This document shows, in pieces, positions 1 through 12,789 of a stretch of DNA of 64,000 bases. Position numbers and translations under genes: made by a program. This stretch comes from Scyliorhinus canicula. Taxonomy: Eukaryota. The notes under the pieces were generated by a model. That model worked only from the letters and a program-made list of their open reading frames with translations. It did no database searches and was not told the origin of the DNA. The stretch lies in assembly GCF_902713615.1 (NCBI RefSeq), contig NC_052157.1:64343703-64407702 (forward strand), in the 5' to 3' direction. Within the stretch, counting starts at the first letter, position 1, and each line of letters begins with the position of its first letter.

Positions 1-200
1 GCGTCGCTGCCTGTGCGGAGTCTGGATGTTCATCCCGAGCCTGCGTGGGTTTCCTCCCACAAATCATGCTGTTAGGTGAATTGGACATTCTGAATTCTCC
101 CCGTGTACCCAAACAGGTGCCGGAATGTGGCGACTAGGGGATTTGCACAGCAACTTTACTGCAGTGTTAATGTAAGCCTACTGGTGACAATAATAAATAT
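1..200 (+). mobile_element. tRNA-derived SINE, 5' truncated
   Basis: Same body and tail (ggcgactagggg...aatgtaagcctac...gacaataa) as the copies at 22580 and 55718. Confidence 0.8.
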
Positions 201-204
201 TATT

Positions 205-830
205 AGAGGGGTCTGGGTGTCCACGTACATGTCGCAAACGCTTAGCATGCGTTCACAGCAAGTAATTAAGATGGTAAATGAATGCTGGCCTTCCATTGCC
301 AGGGGAATGAAATACAAAAGCTGGGGTTGTGCTACATTTCAGGAGCATAGCACTGATTTGGTCTCCATACTTAAAAGGAGACATAATTGCACTGGAATGA
401 GTTCAGATAAGGTTCACCAGGCAGATTCTTGGGATGAAGGTGGCGGTCTTATGGGAAAGGAAAGACCGATTGGGTTGGGCCAGTACCCACTGGAGTGTAG
501 AACGAGGGGTGACCTTATTGAAACATAGGATTCTGAGGGGTTGGGGGGATTTGATGGGGTGGACGCTGAGGGGATGTTTTCCCCTCGTGGGGAAATCTAG
601 AATGAGGGGCAGTTTCAAAATAAGGGGTCTCCCATAAAAATAGGACAGAAGGAGGAATTTCTTCTCAGAGGGTCATTAGTCTGTGGAATTCTTCTCTCCA
701 GAGAGCATCAGAGGTCAGGTCACATTCAAAGCAGAGTTGCAGATATTTGGTGTATGTGGATTAAGGCCACAATCAAATTAGAGCAGGCCCAAGGGCCAAA
801 CGGCCTCCTCTTGCGCCCATTTCTTCTGAT
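205..830 (+). mobile_element. Degenerate CR1-type LINE 3' fragment
   Basis: Remnants similar to the 3' part of the LINE at 23-25 kb (RGDLIET; aatttcttctcagagggt..tgtggaatt). Confidence 0.65.
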
Positions 831-1034
831 CCTAAGTTTCAGACTGCCTGGCCAGGAGGCAACACGGGCCAACAGAACCTGGGCACAGTCAGAAGCTTCG
901 GATAAGCAAAAACCCTTCAGCCCAGGGACTGACTTCCAGCATCTCATGGAGGCTAAAACAATGACAATTTAGTAATAGCCGAAGAACTGCTCGAGAAGCA
1001 CGTATACGTTATCCTGAGAGCATTTTTCAATTCA

Positions 1035-1184
<150 letters not shown>

Positions 1185-1792
1185 TCAATTTAAAGCACAC
1201 CCCCTGACATTCAACATTAGCGCTCGGTAGGAACAGATCCCTCTCCATCACATGCAAAACCATTACTGAGCAGAGGCACATTCTGTTCCTCAAGTCTCAG
1301 TTGTGGCTGCACAATTATCATCAAGTACAGAATCCACAGTCCCATTTACAAACTTTATGCCAATATCTGCAAGTTTATTCCCCTCAAGTGTCCACCCAAT
1401 TTCTGTCCGAAATCACTGTGGGCAGCAGTTCCAGATTGTCACCACTCACTAGCGGCACAAACAAAACTTCCCCCTCCTTTCTGGATTAACATTCCAGCCA
1501 TGGGTTGTTATGCCAATTCCGTAGACTTCGGAATAAACCAAATGAGGTTTAAAAAAATGAATGAGGGGAACAGGCCACATAACCACAATGGGATTCTTGG
1601 GATTGGATTATTACCTGAGATTATGAACACTGCATTCAACGAGAGCCGGAGCACTTTCTCACTGAGACACACTTGAAGGTCCCTTGTGCTATGTTCCTCA
1701 GCTAGAGGAATTTACTTGAACTCTTTCCCCACCAAATAACCAGGAGACGACAGAGTTTAAGTAATTGAACAAAGAACAGGAACAGGCCCTTA

Positions 1793-2127
1793 GGGGCAGC
1801 ATGGTAGTTAGCATCAATGCTTCACAGCTCCAGGGTCCCAGGTTCGGTTCCCGGCTGGGTCACTGTCTGTGCCGAGTCTGCACGTCCTCCCAATGTGTGC
1901 GTGGGTTTCCTCCGGGTGCTCCGGTTTCCTCCCACAGTCCAAAGATGTGCGGGTTAGGTGGATTGGCCATGCTAAATTGCCCGTAGTGTCCTAAAAAGTA
2001 AGGTTAAGGGGGAGTTGTTGGGTTACGGGTATAGGGTGGATACGTGAGTTTGAGTAGGGTGATCATTGCTCGGCACAACATCGAGGGCTGAAGGGCCTGT
2101 TCTGTGCTGTACTGTTCTATGTTCTAT
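1793..2127 (+). mobile_element. HE1-like tRNA-derived SINE
   Basis: ggggcagc head, B-box-like ggttcggttccc, tail gggcctgttctgtgctgtactgttctatgttctatg shared with the CR1 LINE 3' end. Near-identical copy at 39437-39776. Confidence 0.85.
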
Positions 2128-3364
2128 GATTGATGGAGATGGGGGGGGGGAACAAAAAAATGGAGGAGTAATTGTTTTCAACCAGCTTGTCACAGATCTG
2201 GAAGTCACTGCCAAAAACAGCTGTAGCTTCCTGATCACATTTAAAAATTGATTGCATAGGCACATGAATTAGCGACAGGACTAAAGCCAAGAATAAGAAT
2301 TTCAATGGGGAATTAGAGGGGTAACAAAAGCTGTTCTTGCCAGTGACTTGCCTATCACAATAAAAAGTGAAACCAAATTTGAGAGAAAGCCTACTTGAAC
2401 CAGAGGGTCCTCTATTGTCTTTCATGGTTTGCAAAATCCTTGTTGCCTCAACACACATTACCTTTTATATCCCGTCCCTTACAGGCCACTGCTCTCTTTG
2501 GGCCAGTTGTTACCAACCACAATCTATCCCACTCATTCCCGCTGGCCCACCTATCCAGGTCTGACTGCATCCTGCTTCCCCCACAAGAGGCCTGCAATTT
2601 CTGGACCTGCTGCAAGGCAGAGAGAGAAGGATATCCTCCAAAATCAGGATAAACCATAATCCTTGCACCCCCTCTCACTTGCCTCACCCCCTCCCTATAT
2701 TTTCATCCTCTCTCTGCCCCACATCTCCCCTCTCAATCACTCTCCTCCTCTATAGGCAACATCCTATTCTCACTCTCTTCTAACTAGTGGTAAATTCATT
2801 ACATACCACCACCACCCACCCAACAATCACTCTGTTGTGCCCAGTTTCCTCTCATCCTCGTTTAACCCCTCACTGTGGATATCTCTACACTGCTGTCTCC
2901 ACTTGTATTGCCTCTTAACACCAGACCCATGTCCATCATTCTGACTACCACTCTATCCCCCAGTGTACAGCTCCCTCCCATCATGCTGTCTCTTCCTCCT
3001 ATCCCCACCACCACCCATCCCATCTGCATATTTGTATCCCTCTCACCAAGTCATCTCGTTTGTTCTCTGTGATATCTCCCATTATCCCCTATCACACATG
3101 ATTATACCCCCCCAACCATACTGTATACAGTAAGAAGTCTTACAACACCAGGTTAAAGTCCAACAGGTTTGTTTCAAACACGAGCTTTCGGAGCACACAG
3201 TTCTCCGTTTTCTCTCCCCCCCCCCCCCCCCCCCCCATACTGTTCTCCATTTTCTCTCTATCTCCAACCACTTTGTTAATCTGTTGTGTATAACTCCATT
3301 CCCAATATGGTGCATCTCTCTCTCTCTTCTCCCCCCTTCTCCATCCCAGCATGTACACTTCTCC

Positions 3365-3960
3365 CCCCACTTCCTACGGAAGCTAAAGAAATTAGGCATG
3401 TTTGCTTCGACTCACAAACTTCCACAGATGTGCCATAGAAAGCATCCGATCTGGCTCCATCACAGCTTGGTACAGCAATTGCTCGGTCCAAGATCACAAG
3501 AAACTGCAGAGTGTGGTAAACTCAGCCAATGCATCACACAAGTTTGCCATCCTCCCATTGATTCTGTATACACCTCCCACTGCCTCAGAAAGGCAGACAG
3601 CATTGTCAGAGACCCCTCACACCCAGGCTTTGCCCTCTTCCAGACCCTTCCATATACAAGGCATCATGCAGAAGAAACAGAAGTCACACATCCAGACGAA
3701 GAAACAGAAGTCACACATCCAGACGTGGGAACAGCTTCTTCCCCAGTTACTAGACTCCTCAACGACTCCCCCCTTGGATTGATCTGTTCCTTGTAAAAAC
3801 ATTTGAATTCTTGCTCATGCATTTGCTTTGTTTGGCTTCTTGTTCCGCACTGTAACGAATCAATTTGTCAATGAATTCTGTTGATTATGCTTTTGTCTAC
3901 TATGTACATTCCCTTTGCCACAGAACTGTACTTCAGTACGTGACAATAAATATCAATCAT
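3365..3960 (+). mobile_element. Rex/Babar-like LINE 3' end
   Basis: FLRKLKK...LTNFHRCAIESI.SGSITAWYSNC; homologous to 10980-11270. Confidence 0.7.
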
Positions 3961-4366
3961 TATGGTGCATCTCTCTCTTCCCCCCCCCTTTTACTGGGTG
4001 CTCTCTCTATTTATTTATCTGCCCATTTATATATCCCATATTTCCCTAGTTTAACCCCATTATGTGTAATCTCTCACCATGTGCTGCCTGCTCTGTACCC
4101 CCAGTATCTAGTCCTACCCTCATCAATCTGCTGTTTACCCCTCTATCCCCAGTCCATATATATCCTGATCTGGCTTTCCCCCTCACCATGCTGCCTCCTG
4201 CTCCCTCCCTTCCTCCATTACCGCTTCACCTTGCGAACTACTGCCTCATATTTCTTCTCTATAGCCCGTACATATACAGCTTAACTACCCCTCTGTCTCT
4301 TCATCATGCGGCCTCCTGCTCTCCCTCTAGCCCCAGTCTATAACTAGCTTTCTTCCTCCCTCTCAC

Positions 4367-4409
4367 CTTGCAGCCTGTTGCCTCCTGAGCGGATCCAGGG
4401 AGGAAGAGG
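4367..4409 (-). other. rps19: rps19 non-coding exon 1 with 5'TOP start
   Basis: Minus strand reads CCTCTTCCTCCCTggatcc...ggctgcaag|GTGAGA: a polypyrimidine TCT/TOP initiator followed by a strong donor. Exon 2 starts exactly at the ATG, as in mammalian RPS19. Confidence 0.8.
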
Positions 4410-4830
4410 CCGATACGGGGCCGCCCGCCCGCATTTCACAGGGGCCGGCGGCTCCCGTAGCCTCGCGAGATCGCGGATTGCGAGGGGGGTGAGGAGAGCG
4501 TCAGGTGCGCACGCGCGCTCGCCATCTTGGGCGAGGCGTGGTGGGACCGTCAGTGACGCCGGAGAGGCGACGTGGTCATCTTGGTGCAGGTACGGCGAGA
4601 GAACGTCAGAGCGTTATGTCATTACGACGTGATGTCCTCCATCTTCGTGCAGGTGCCCAGTAACCATCATGGGCGCAGTAACCCCGGAGAAGCGGTCATC
4701 TTGGAAAAGGTGCAGCGTAACCGTTGATGTCGCAGCGCCCGGCCAGCGGCGGAGGCCATTTTAGTAAAGGAAACCCCTGCTGTTCAGGGATCCGTGAGCT
4801 CGGGGAAGCCATTTTGGTGAAGGGAATGAT
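4380..4830. promoter_or_regulatory. CpG-island promoter of rps19
   Basis: CpG-dense. Contains a near-match to TCTCGCGAGA (cctcgcgaga, 4461-4470) and several YY1-like GCCATCTT/GCCATTTT motifs, typical of ribosomal protein promoters. Confidence 0.8.
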
Positions 4831-5529
4831 GAGGCAGCGCCAACAATAACTATACAACAACTTTACAACAACAACTTTACAATAATTTTCGCACAACCTC
4901 CTAGCAACAACAACAAATTTCCAGCGACAACTTTGTAACCAATTTCGAGCAACAACTATCCACCAAAAACAACTTTCCAACAAAACCTCTCCATCCACAA
5001 TACATTTCTGATGCAACGACTTTCCAGCATCTTTCTAACTGTCCATTGGGGCAGCACGGTGGGTATCATTGCTGCCTCATAGCACCAGGGATCTAGGCTC
5101 AATTCCAGCTTCGGATGACTGGATTGGCCATGTTAAAATTGTTTCTTAGTGTCCAAAGGTTAGGTGGCGTTACGGGGATGGATGGATGGATTGGGGGGGG
5201 TGGAGTGGGCCCGGGCCCAGGCTTTGTGGTGACATACGTATAGACATATCTATGTATAACTGTACATAGTTATAGAATCATAGAATTTACAGTGCAGAAG
5301 GAGGCCATTCGACCCATCAAGTCTGCACTGGCCCTTGGAAAGAGCCCCACCCAAGTCCACACCTCCACCCATCCCTGCAACCCAGTCACTCCACCCAACC
5401 GTTTTGTCCACTAAGGGCAATTTAGATCATAGGATTTACAGTGCAGAAGGATTTAACATGGCCAATCCACCTAACCTGCACATCTTTGGACCAATGTACA
5501 TATTTGTATATAACAGCACCAGAGTATGA

Positions 5530-8500
5530 CAAGCGATTCCAATCTGTCTGGTTGGAACACCTGAAATACACAATCAGGGACCCGAAGAAATGGACGATAA
5601 CACGTTCGGACCTATGACAGTTGTTTTCATTACTGGTTTAAGACCAGAATTGGCAAAAATATGAAAGATTCTGCTCAGGCGGGAGACCAGAGAAATAACC
5701 TTTGCAGCATTAGTCGATCTGTGCAACCAGTTAAAAATGGCCTTGTGTTCAGCACCGGCTCTAGGAATTCCCGACAATGGAAGGCCATTTACATTGTTTG
5801 TCCGTGTGAAAGGCGGCTACATGACAGCCATACTGGCACAAGATCATGGGGATCAACAGAAACCCATTGGATACTATTCAGGAAAACTGGTGTAACCACC
5901 TGGGATGGCCACTTACAAAGTAAACATGGATACTTGCAAAGACTCAAGGGAAATATGGCCAATACAGGATTCCGGCAAACCCAGAGCCTGAACGTATATT
6001 TGCTAACAGAGAACCAGACAGTATCGAAACCCCCAGCTGATTTGCATTCTAATGGCCCATTTCCCCAGGACAAAGGACTGGTACTCAGGTATCAGATACA
6101 ATTCCAGACACATTGGCACCACTTTCTTCACCCAGGAAGCCCAAACAGCCAAGGTCAAAGACCGCCCAGGATATGCCCAGTCATCAAGGCACCCGCCCCT
6201 TTATTGGCTCAAATCGTAGGCGAATTATTGGGTCCAAAGCTAAGGGCCGCCCAAAAGAGCGCAAAACCCCAAAGGATAAAGAGAGACACTGCCATATGTT
6301 CGATCTCTTTTGGCCCTGGCACACGGGCATTCTTCGGCCTGGCCTGTACCTGAAGCCAGCTGCAGCACCACGACCAGAAGCAAGTTCAAGATCAATGATC
6401 GCTACCAGACGGATGAGCCCAGCAGAACTGTAGTTACTTCTCCAGACCCGGCCACTCCAGATCCGAACAAAGGCCTTGTTCCTCTGCCAAAGCTGGGTGC
6501 CTGAAAGTTAAGGACAGGTTGTTGTAGTGTTAGGTGCAGTTTAGCTTGTAGTGTTTTTATGTTGCATGTGTGAGTTAGTCTTGTGTGTAAATAAACCATT
6601 ATTGAACTTGAACTAACTGACTTGTTGGGTCTTTGTTCAATATCCGGTTGAACCTTGTGATGGTATCATCTGATACCTGGTGACGCTGAAAAGCAATATT
6701 ACTCGATATTAAGAAGGGCAATATTATTGGCAGTGCAGAATTGGCAACAGTTATTAGTGACGCTAGTGGGATAGTATTCCACTCATCAAAATCGGCAGCA
6801 CTGGGCACAGGAGCCCTCGGATGGGGAAGTTGCCTAAGAGCCATGGAGGCCGTGTCAGGCTGTAATGGCTACTGCACGTCCAGACCTAGACCAGAAGATA
6901 ACTGTCAAGTACCCCCACACCGTACACATTGTGTTGTCTATGAACAGAATGACTGCAGATGGACAAGATGGACAGCAATCCTGGAAGCCCCCAATCTCCA
7001 CATTGTCCGAGCTAGCCCGGTGAACCCATCATCTATGCTCCCGCTTCCCGAGGAGCATGAGGGCGGAGAAGAAGGACATGTCTGTGTGGCGATCTTGAGC
7101 GAAATGGAGGAATCAAGCTTGGCAGCAGAAGAACCATCGCACAACCCAGACCTGATCCTATTTACAGACAGCTGCTCTTTCGTTGACAATTGTATCCGAA
7201 AAGCAGGATGGGTGGTCACAAGATTGTGGCAAAGGGTTGCCTGCCCTCAGGGACATCAGCCCAACAGGCTGAGTTACGGGACCTGGCAGAGGCATGCTGG
7301 ATACCAAAAGAACAGACAGCTAATATCTATACAGACTCAAGGTACAGATTTGGAGTTGCTCACGACTTTGACCAGTTGTGGCGGAGAAGAGGATTTTTCA
7401 CTGCCGCAGGTACACCGAGCCGAAATGGGAAGGAGGTACAAGACTCACTAGAGGCCATACAACTACTACGTGAAGTGTTCATTTTGAAGTGTAGGGCCCA
7501 TATGAAGGAAAATGCCAAAGAAGCACAAGGAAACACCCTAACCAACAAGGCAGCCAAAGAGGCCACCTCACAATGCGCTCCTCCAGAGGAACTAGCACAA
7601 ATATGCAGACTGGGAGCAATCAGTCTAACTCGAGATATGCAGACAATGCAAGGTGACTGCACTCAAAGAGAAAGTGGACATGGATTGAAGCAGGAATGAA
7701 GCTAGATGATGAAGTCAGCTGGTGACAAAGGGAAACTGACACGCCAGTCGCAGCACAAGCATTGATGCCCTATTTAGCCCAACAGATCCATTCATGGGAG
7801 CACCTGGCCCTGCAACAGATGACAGCACGGTTCCAGAAAAGCTGGTGGGTTTGGGGATTCAAAAAACATGCCCAGTTGGTCGCAGAACGCTGTGTGATCT
7901 GCCAGAAGAACAATCCTGGACCTATCATGGTTATGCCCCAACTGAGGTCCCCTGCTCCAGCGGGACCATTCCAGCATTTACAGGTCGACTATATCTCCCT
8001 TTCTCCATCTCAAGGATACACCAACGTTCTCGTGGTGGTTGACAAGTTCTCAAGGTGGGTGGAAACCATTCAAACTAAAAGGGCCGCAGCCAATCTCATG
8101 GGCAAGATCCTATGTAAGGATTACATTCCCCGATGGGGAGTCCCGACCAGCATTGACTGGGTGCTGTGTGCAAAGAAGTCTGCAGACTACTAAACATCAT
8201 CTGGGACTTACATTGTCCTCATCACCCACAATTTTCAGGGAAAGTGGAAAGAATGAACAGAACTCTGAAACATCAACTTGCCAAACATCATTAGGAAGAC
8301 ATGCCTTGATTCCAGGCACTACCTATAGTCCTGTGCAGTATGAGGGCAACTCCAAATAGAACTACAGGTCTGATTCCATTTAAAATCATAACAGGGAGAC
8401 CCATGTCCCTGCCAGGAATAACTGATTTGTGAAAAGCCGATTGTTACTTAATGAGTGATGCCTTATTAAAATATTGTCAGAATCTAACAAATGCTATTAG

Positions 8501-9690
8501 TTCAGCTTCCCAACAAGTATTGGCAGCCTGGGGAAAGACCCGCCAGAAGGAGGACACGGTATCGTCCCCCGTGTTTGGGTTTACATGAAGAAAGTACAAA
8601 AAGAACCCCTGGATGCTAAGTGGAAAGGGCCCTATCAAGTGCTCCTGACCATGCAAGGAGCTGTTAAAGTCCAGGGAAAGAAAGCTTAGATTTACGCACC
8701 TCACGCTAAACAAGCACACCGTGATTAAAAAGACAATTTTTACTCCTATCTTTTGAAAAGACAATTCTTCCAATTTTTGTTTTACATTTTGTTTATATGT
8801 TTAGCCATATTGTTGTGTAGGTTGTTTGCAGTTTCAGTTTTTGCATTCCTGGTTTTCCCTTAACCAGCCAGTCCAGCCAAGCTAAGTTTAAACAGGTTCC
8901 CAAGGCCAAATGGAGATAAAGAAACTCAAACAACCACTAGCCAACATCTTGTGGAGCTGGGCATCTGGATGGCTGGGCTCAATTTTCGTTTTCATTGTGT
9001 ATTATGTTTTTATTCTCATTAAGTTATTGCTTTAAATGGCTAACCAAAGCCCCTGCTAAGGCTATGCCTCTCAAGACTATAACTCATCATCCCCTTTTAC
9101 CTATATTTCCTATATTTAAAGGCTTGTAAAACTTTATTGGCTTACCCATTTCAGTGTTGAAGGCTGTTCCTAAACAAAAGGACCATCAAAGGCATCTGTG
9201 AATGTGTTCCTTTGCGCTATTTCCTGCTTGCTAGATTTTATTGATTAATTCTCTTAGACTTTTTAGAAGAACCAAGGTGGGGATTGAATGGAAATAGTTA
9301 AAATCCAAGTTTTAAAAATATTGTAACTGCAGTTGAAATACAAGTTTCTAAGTAAGTCAAGGTTAGCTTGGCGGTGGAACCTTACACCAGCCTCTCAGCT
9401 AAACTGCAAAGGGAGTACAATCAGTAAGCCAGATATCAATGTGAGTGATGGTAAAGACCACCATTCAGAAGTTACACTTTAATACTTATAAATACAATAG
9501 GGGGCAAAAGGGGTGGGAGGTGTCAAACATAGGTATAAGCCCAAGCCCAAGTGTTGCCTGTCTCATCTCTCTCTTTGCCTTTGTCCTTCCTTATGCCTGC
9601 GCTTTTGCTTCTTTTATTTTGTATTTTTGGAGTTTGTAAAGTGTAATAACATGACTTTTGCAATGAAACTCCATCTCGCACTACCTCCGG
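5530..9690 (+). mobile_element. Deleted, degenerate class I (epsilon/gamma-like) endogenous retrovirus: gag end, pol RNase H and integrase, env TM remnant, 3' LTR from ~9285
   Basis: LFTDSCS, GTSAQQAEL and NIYTDSRY (retroviral RNase H); H..H/CxxC, GPFQHLQVDY and VDKFSRWVE (integrase); hydrophobic remnant at ~8940-9030; PPT-like aaggtggggat before TG. Many stops and frameshifts. Confidence 0.85.
5891..6800 (+). mobile_element. Solo LTR (910 bp) inserted in the ERV pol
   Basis: TGTAACC...GGCAGCA with 4-bp TSD CTGG. Removing it restores the pol frame GYYSGKLGTGALGWGSCLRA. Confidence 0.8.
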
Positions 9691-10169
9691 ATCCTTGTAT
9701 CTATGTATAATTGTACATAGTTGCATATATTTGTATATAACAACATCAGTGTACACAGCCACTGATGAATACAAGTAGTGACAGTTATGACCTCCCGCCA
9801 GTAGGTGGAACCAGACACCCATACAGACATATAAATACCGGGGGACGGACGAAACAGGGGCACTTGGTAGTAGGATGGACAATGGGGCAGTCATAGCTCT
9901 CCTTAGCTTCACAGTAAAGGAGACACAATTGTTTGTGCATAGAATTGCATGGTTACCATTCGGCGAGTCAAGAATAAATACTTATTACAATCACATCTTC
10001 ATGTTTTATGTGTGCCTTCATGATCAGGGGAGCCATAGAACACAACAGGTTTGGGTGCTCTTACAGAAGGTCGGTGCAGATTCAGTGGCCTTCTTCTGCA
10101 CTGTATTCAACTCAATGCATTCTATGCCCGGTTTGAGCAGGAACCCATCAAACCACTGTCGACTGCCCC

Positions 10170-11275
10170 AGTAGTCACGAATACATCCTACCATCATAGC
10201 TTCCAAAGTCAGATCGGCCTTCTTGAAAGTGAATCCTCGGAAAGTGATGGGCCCTGACAGGGTCTCTGGTCGTGCACTCAGATCCTACGTGGACCAGCTG
10301 ACGGATGTGTTTGTGGACATCTTCATCCTCTTCCATCTCCATTCCGAGGTTCCCAACTGCTTTAAGACGGGTGCCGAAGAAGAACCAGGCAACGTACCTC
10401 AACGACCCATCCGGTGGCCTTGACATCTAACATTATGAAGTGCTTCGAGAGGTTGGTCATGTAAACATCAACTCCATACTCCCAGAATGCCTTGGTCCAC
10501 TGCAATCCGCATACTGCCACAACCAGTCCACAGTAGATGCCATCTCCCTGGCCCTACACTCATCCCTGGAGCATCTCGACAAGAAGGACTCTTACGTCAG
10601 ACTCCTATTCAACACCATAATCCCAGCCAAGCTCACATCAAATCTCCAAAACAACAACACACGACTGTGGCAAAATTTGGCTCTAACTCCATCTACATGT
10701 TTGCTGATGACTCAACCGTTGTGGGTTGGATCTCAAACAACTATGAGTCAAAGTACAGGAGGGAGTTAGAGAACCTAGTGGAGTGGTGTAACGACAACAA
10801 TCTCTCTCCTCAATGTCAGCAAAACTAGAGAGCTGGTCATTAACTTCAGGAAGCAAAGTATCGTACACACCCTGTCTGCATCATGGTGCCGAGGTGGAGA
10901 TGGGGGTTGACAGCTTCAAATTCTTAGGTGTGCACATCTGTCCTGGTCCACCCATGTCGACGCTATGACCAAGAAAGCACAACAGCTCCTTTACTTTCTC
11001 AGGAAACTAAGGAATTTCAGCATGTCCTCATTGACTCTTACCAATCTTTACAGATGCACCATAGAAAACATCCTATCTGGTTGCATCACAGCCTGGTAGG
11101 ACAACTGCTCGGCCCAAGACAGTAAGAATCTACAGAGTCGTGAACACCGTCCAGTCCATCACGCAAAACTGCTTCCCATCATTGACTCTGTCTACATCTC
11201 CCGCTGCCTTGGGAAAGCGGGCAGCAGAATCAAAGACCCTTCCCACCCGGTTTATTCACTCTTCCAACTTCCATT
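10170..11275 (+). mobile_element. Rex/Babar-like LINE RT fragment (degenerate)
   Basis: GPDRVSGRALR...[31 protein letters not shown]. Confidence 0.8.
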
Positions 11276-11720
11276 GGAGTTTAGAAGAATGAGAGGTGAT
11301 CTCATTGAAACAGATAAGACTCTGGGGGCGGGGTTTGACAGGGTGGATGCTGAGAGGATGTTTCCTGCCTTGCGGAGGAGGGCGGTATCTAGAACTATGG
11401 GAGGATGCACAGATGAAGAATAGGGGGGGTCTCCTATTGAAGACGGAGGTGAGGAGGAATTTCTTCTCCCAGAAGGTGGTTAGTCTGTGGAATTGTCTCC
11501 CCCACCCCACACACACACATACACCAAGAGAGCAGTGGAGGCTGAGGCTCATTGAATATGTTCAAGGCCGAGCTACAGTTTTGGTCGATGGGTCAGTCGA
11601 GGGTTTTGGGGGCAGGCAGCAGAGTGGTGGAAAGGCCACAATCAGATTAGCTACGGTCTTAGCAATGGCGGAGCAGGCTCGAGAGACCAAATCTCCTGAC
11701 CCTGCTCCAAATACTTACTT
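11276..11720 (+). mobile_element. CR1-type LINE 3' fragment
   Basis: RRMRGDLIE...RRNFFSQKVVSLWN. Confidence 0.7.
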
Positions 11721-11822
11721 CCCTTTGATTGTCAGAAGCTCAGCGCCATATTTTGTTTTATAATGTTCCTGTGAAGCGCCTAGTGGCATTTCATTGCATT
11801 AAATAGGGAACATAAATACAAG

Positions 11823-12344
11823 GGCCGGGATTCTCTGATCCCGCAGCCAAGTTCTGATGCCGGCATCAAAAGCGGCACAAGCCACTCTGGCGTCAATGGG
11901 CCTCAAGGCCCAGGTATTCACCCCTTCCGAGAGGGCTAGTACGGCACAGGAGTGGTGTCCGCTGCTCTGGCCCGCCACGGCCGGCGTGGGTCCGGGAATG
12001 CGCGTGGGTTCCCGTCTCCGCGCCAGCTCCCGGGCAATATGGCAGAGCCCTACAGGGGCCTGGTGAGGAGGAACATAGGCCCCACCACGGAACTAGCCCG
12101 CCCGTCAATTGGAAGGCCCCGATCGCGGGCCAGGCCACAGTGGAGGCCCCCCCCCTCCCGGAGTCAGATCCCACTGGCCCCTCCCACCAAGACGGCCCCC
12201 ACAGCCAGAACTCCGAGGTCCCGCCGGGTGGGACCATTCGTGTGGTGAAGAGAATTGGCGCCAGAGAATCGGTGGCCCGGGGTGATTCTCACGCCCCCCC
12301 CCCGGCGATTCTCTGACCCGCCGCGGGATCGGAGAATCCCGGCC
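11823..12344. mobile_element. GC-rich MITE, possibly PIF/Harbinger-derived
   Basis: 22-bp terminal inverted repeats ggccgggattctc(t/c)gatcccgc with one mismatch; no coding capacity. Confidence 0.7.
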
Positions 12345-12789
12345 ATGTTACTTTGTAAGAAGCCCAGGAGCTCTCTGTGAAAACGATCAAAGAAAATCAG
12401 GACTGCAATGACGTAGGCTGTGATACAAAATAGCAGTCATTACTGGCAATGCACAGCTCCTGGCTGGAACTGTTTTTTCATTAAGACCCAGGGAAAAAAA
12501 AATCACACGGTTCCATTTATTTAATCTCACAGGTAGACAAATAAATTACATCACTCATGTCATAACTTACTCAACGCCGATTACACTTTCCATGGAATGA
12601 TTAACAGTATCAAATGCACCATTCATTTCAAAGCTAATGTCCAGGTTAAAATACGGAGCAATTTCTGCTTGTTATTTTTAGGTTGCCTTTTCATTTCTTT
12701 GTAGTGGTGGCTGACTCTCAGTGTCTCGGGGTCATGGGTTCAAGTCCCACTCCAGAGAATGGAACGCAAAATCTAGGCAGACACTCCCA

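Larger units (their letters stand above)
5225..10047 (+). mobile_element. LTR element (TG...CA) inserted in a SINE and itself interrupted by a SINE and an ERV
   Basis: Starts tgtggtgac at 5225 and ends aacacaaca at 10047, flanked by ggctt/ggttt (degenerate TSD). The host SINE halves lie at 5048-5224 and 10048-10120. Sequence at 5245-5272 plus 5495-5520 recurs at 9697-9748. Confidence 0.55.

Noticed and set aside
1793-1860. tRNA-like sequences here and at other SINE heads
   Set aside because: They are SINE 5' regions continuous with SINE bodies, not complete tRNA genes.
2680-4350. Pyrimidine-rich tract with hydrophobic ORFs in rps19 intron 1
   Set aside because: Low-complexity strand skew with TE fragments; no evidence of coding or snoRNA features.
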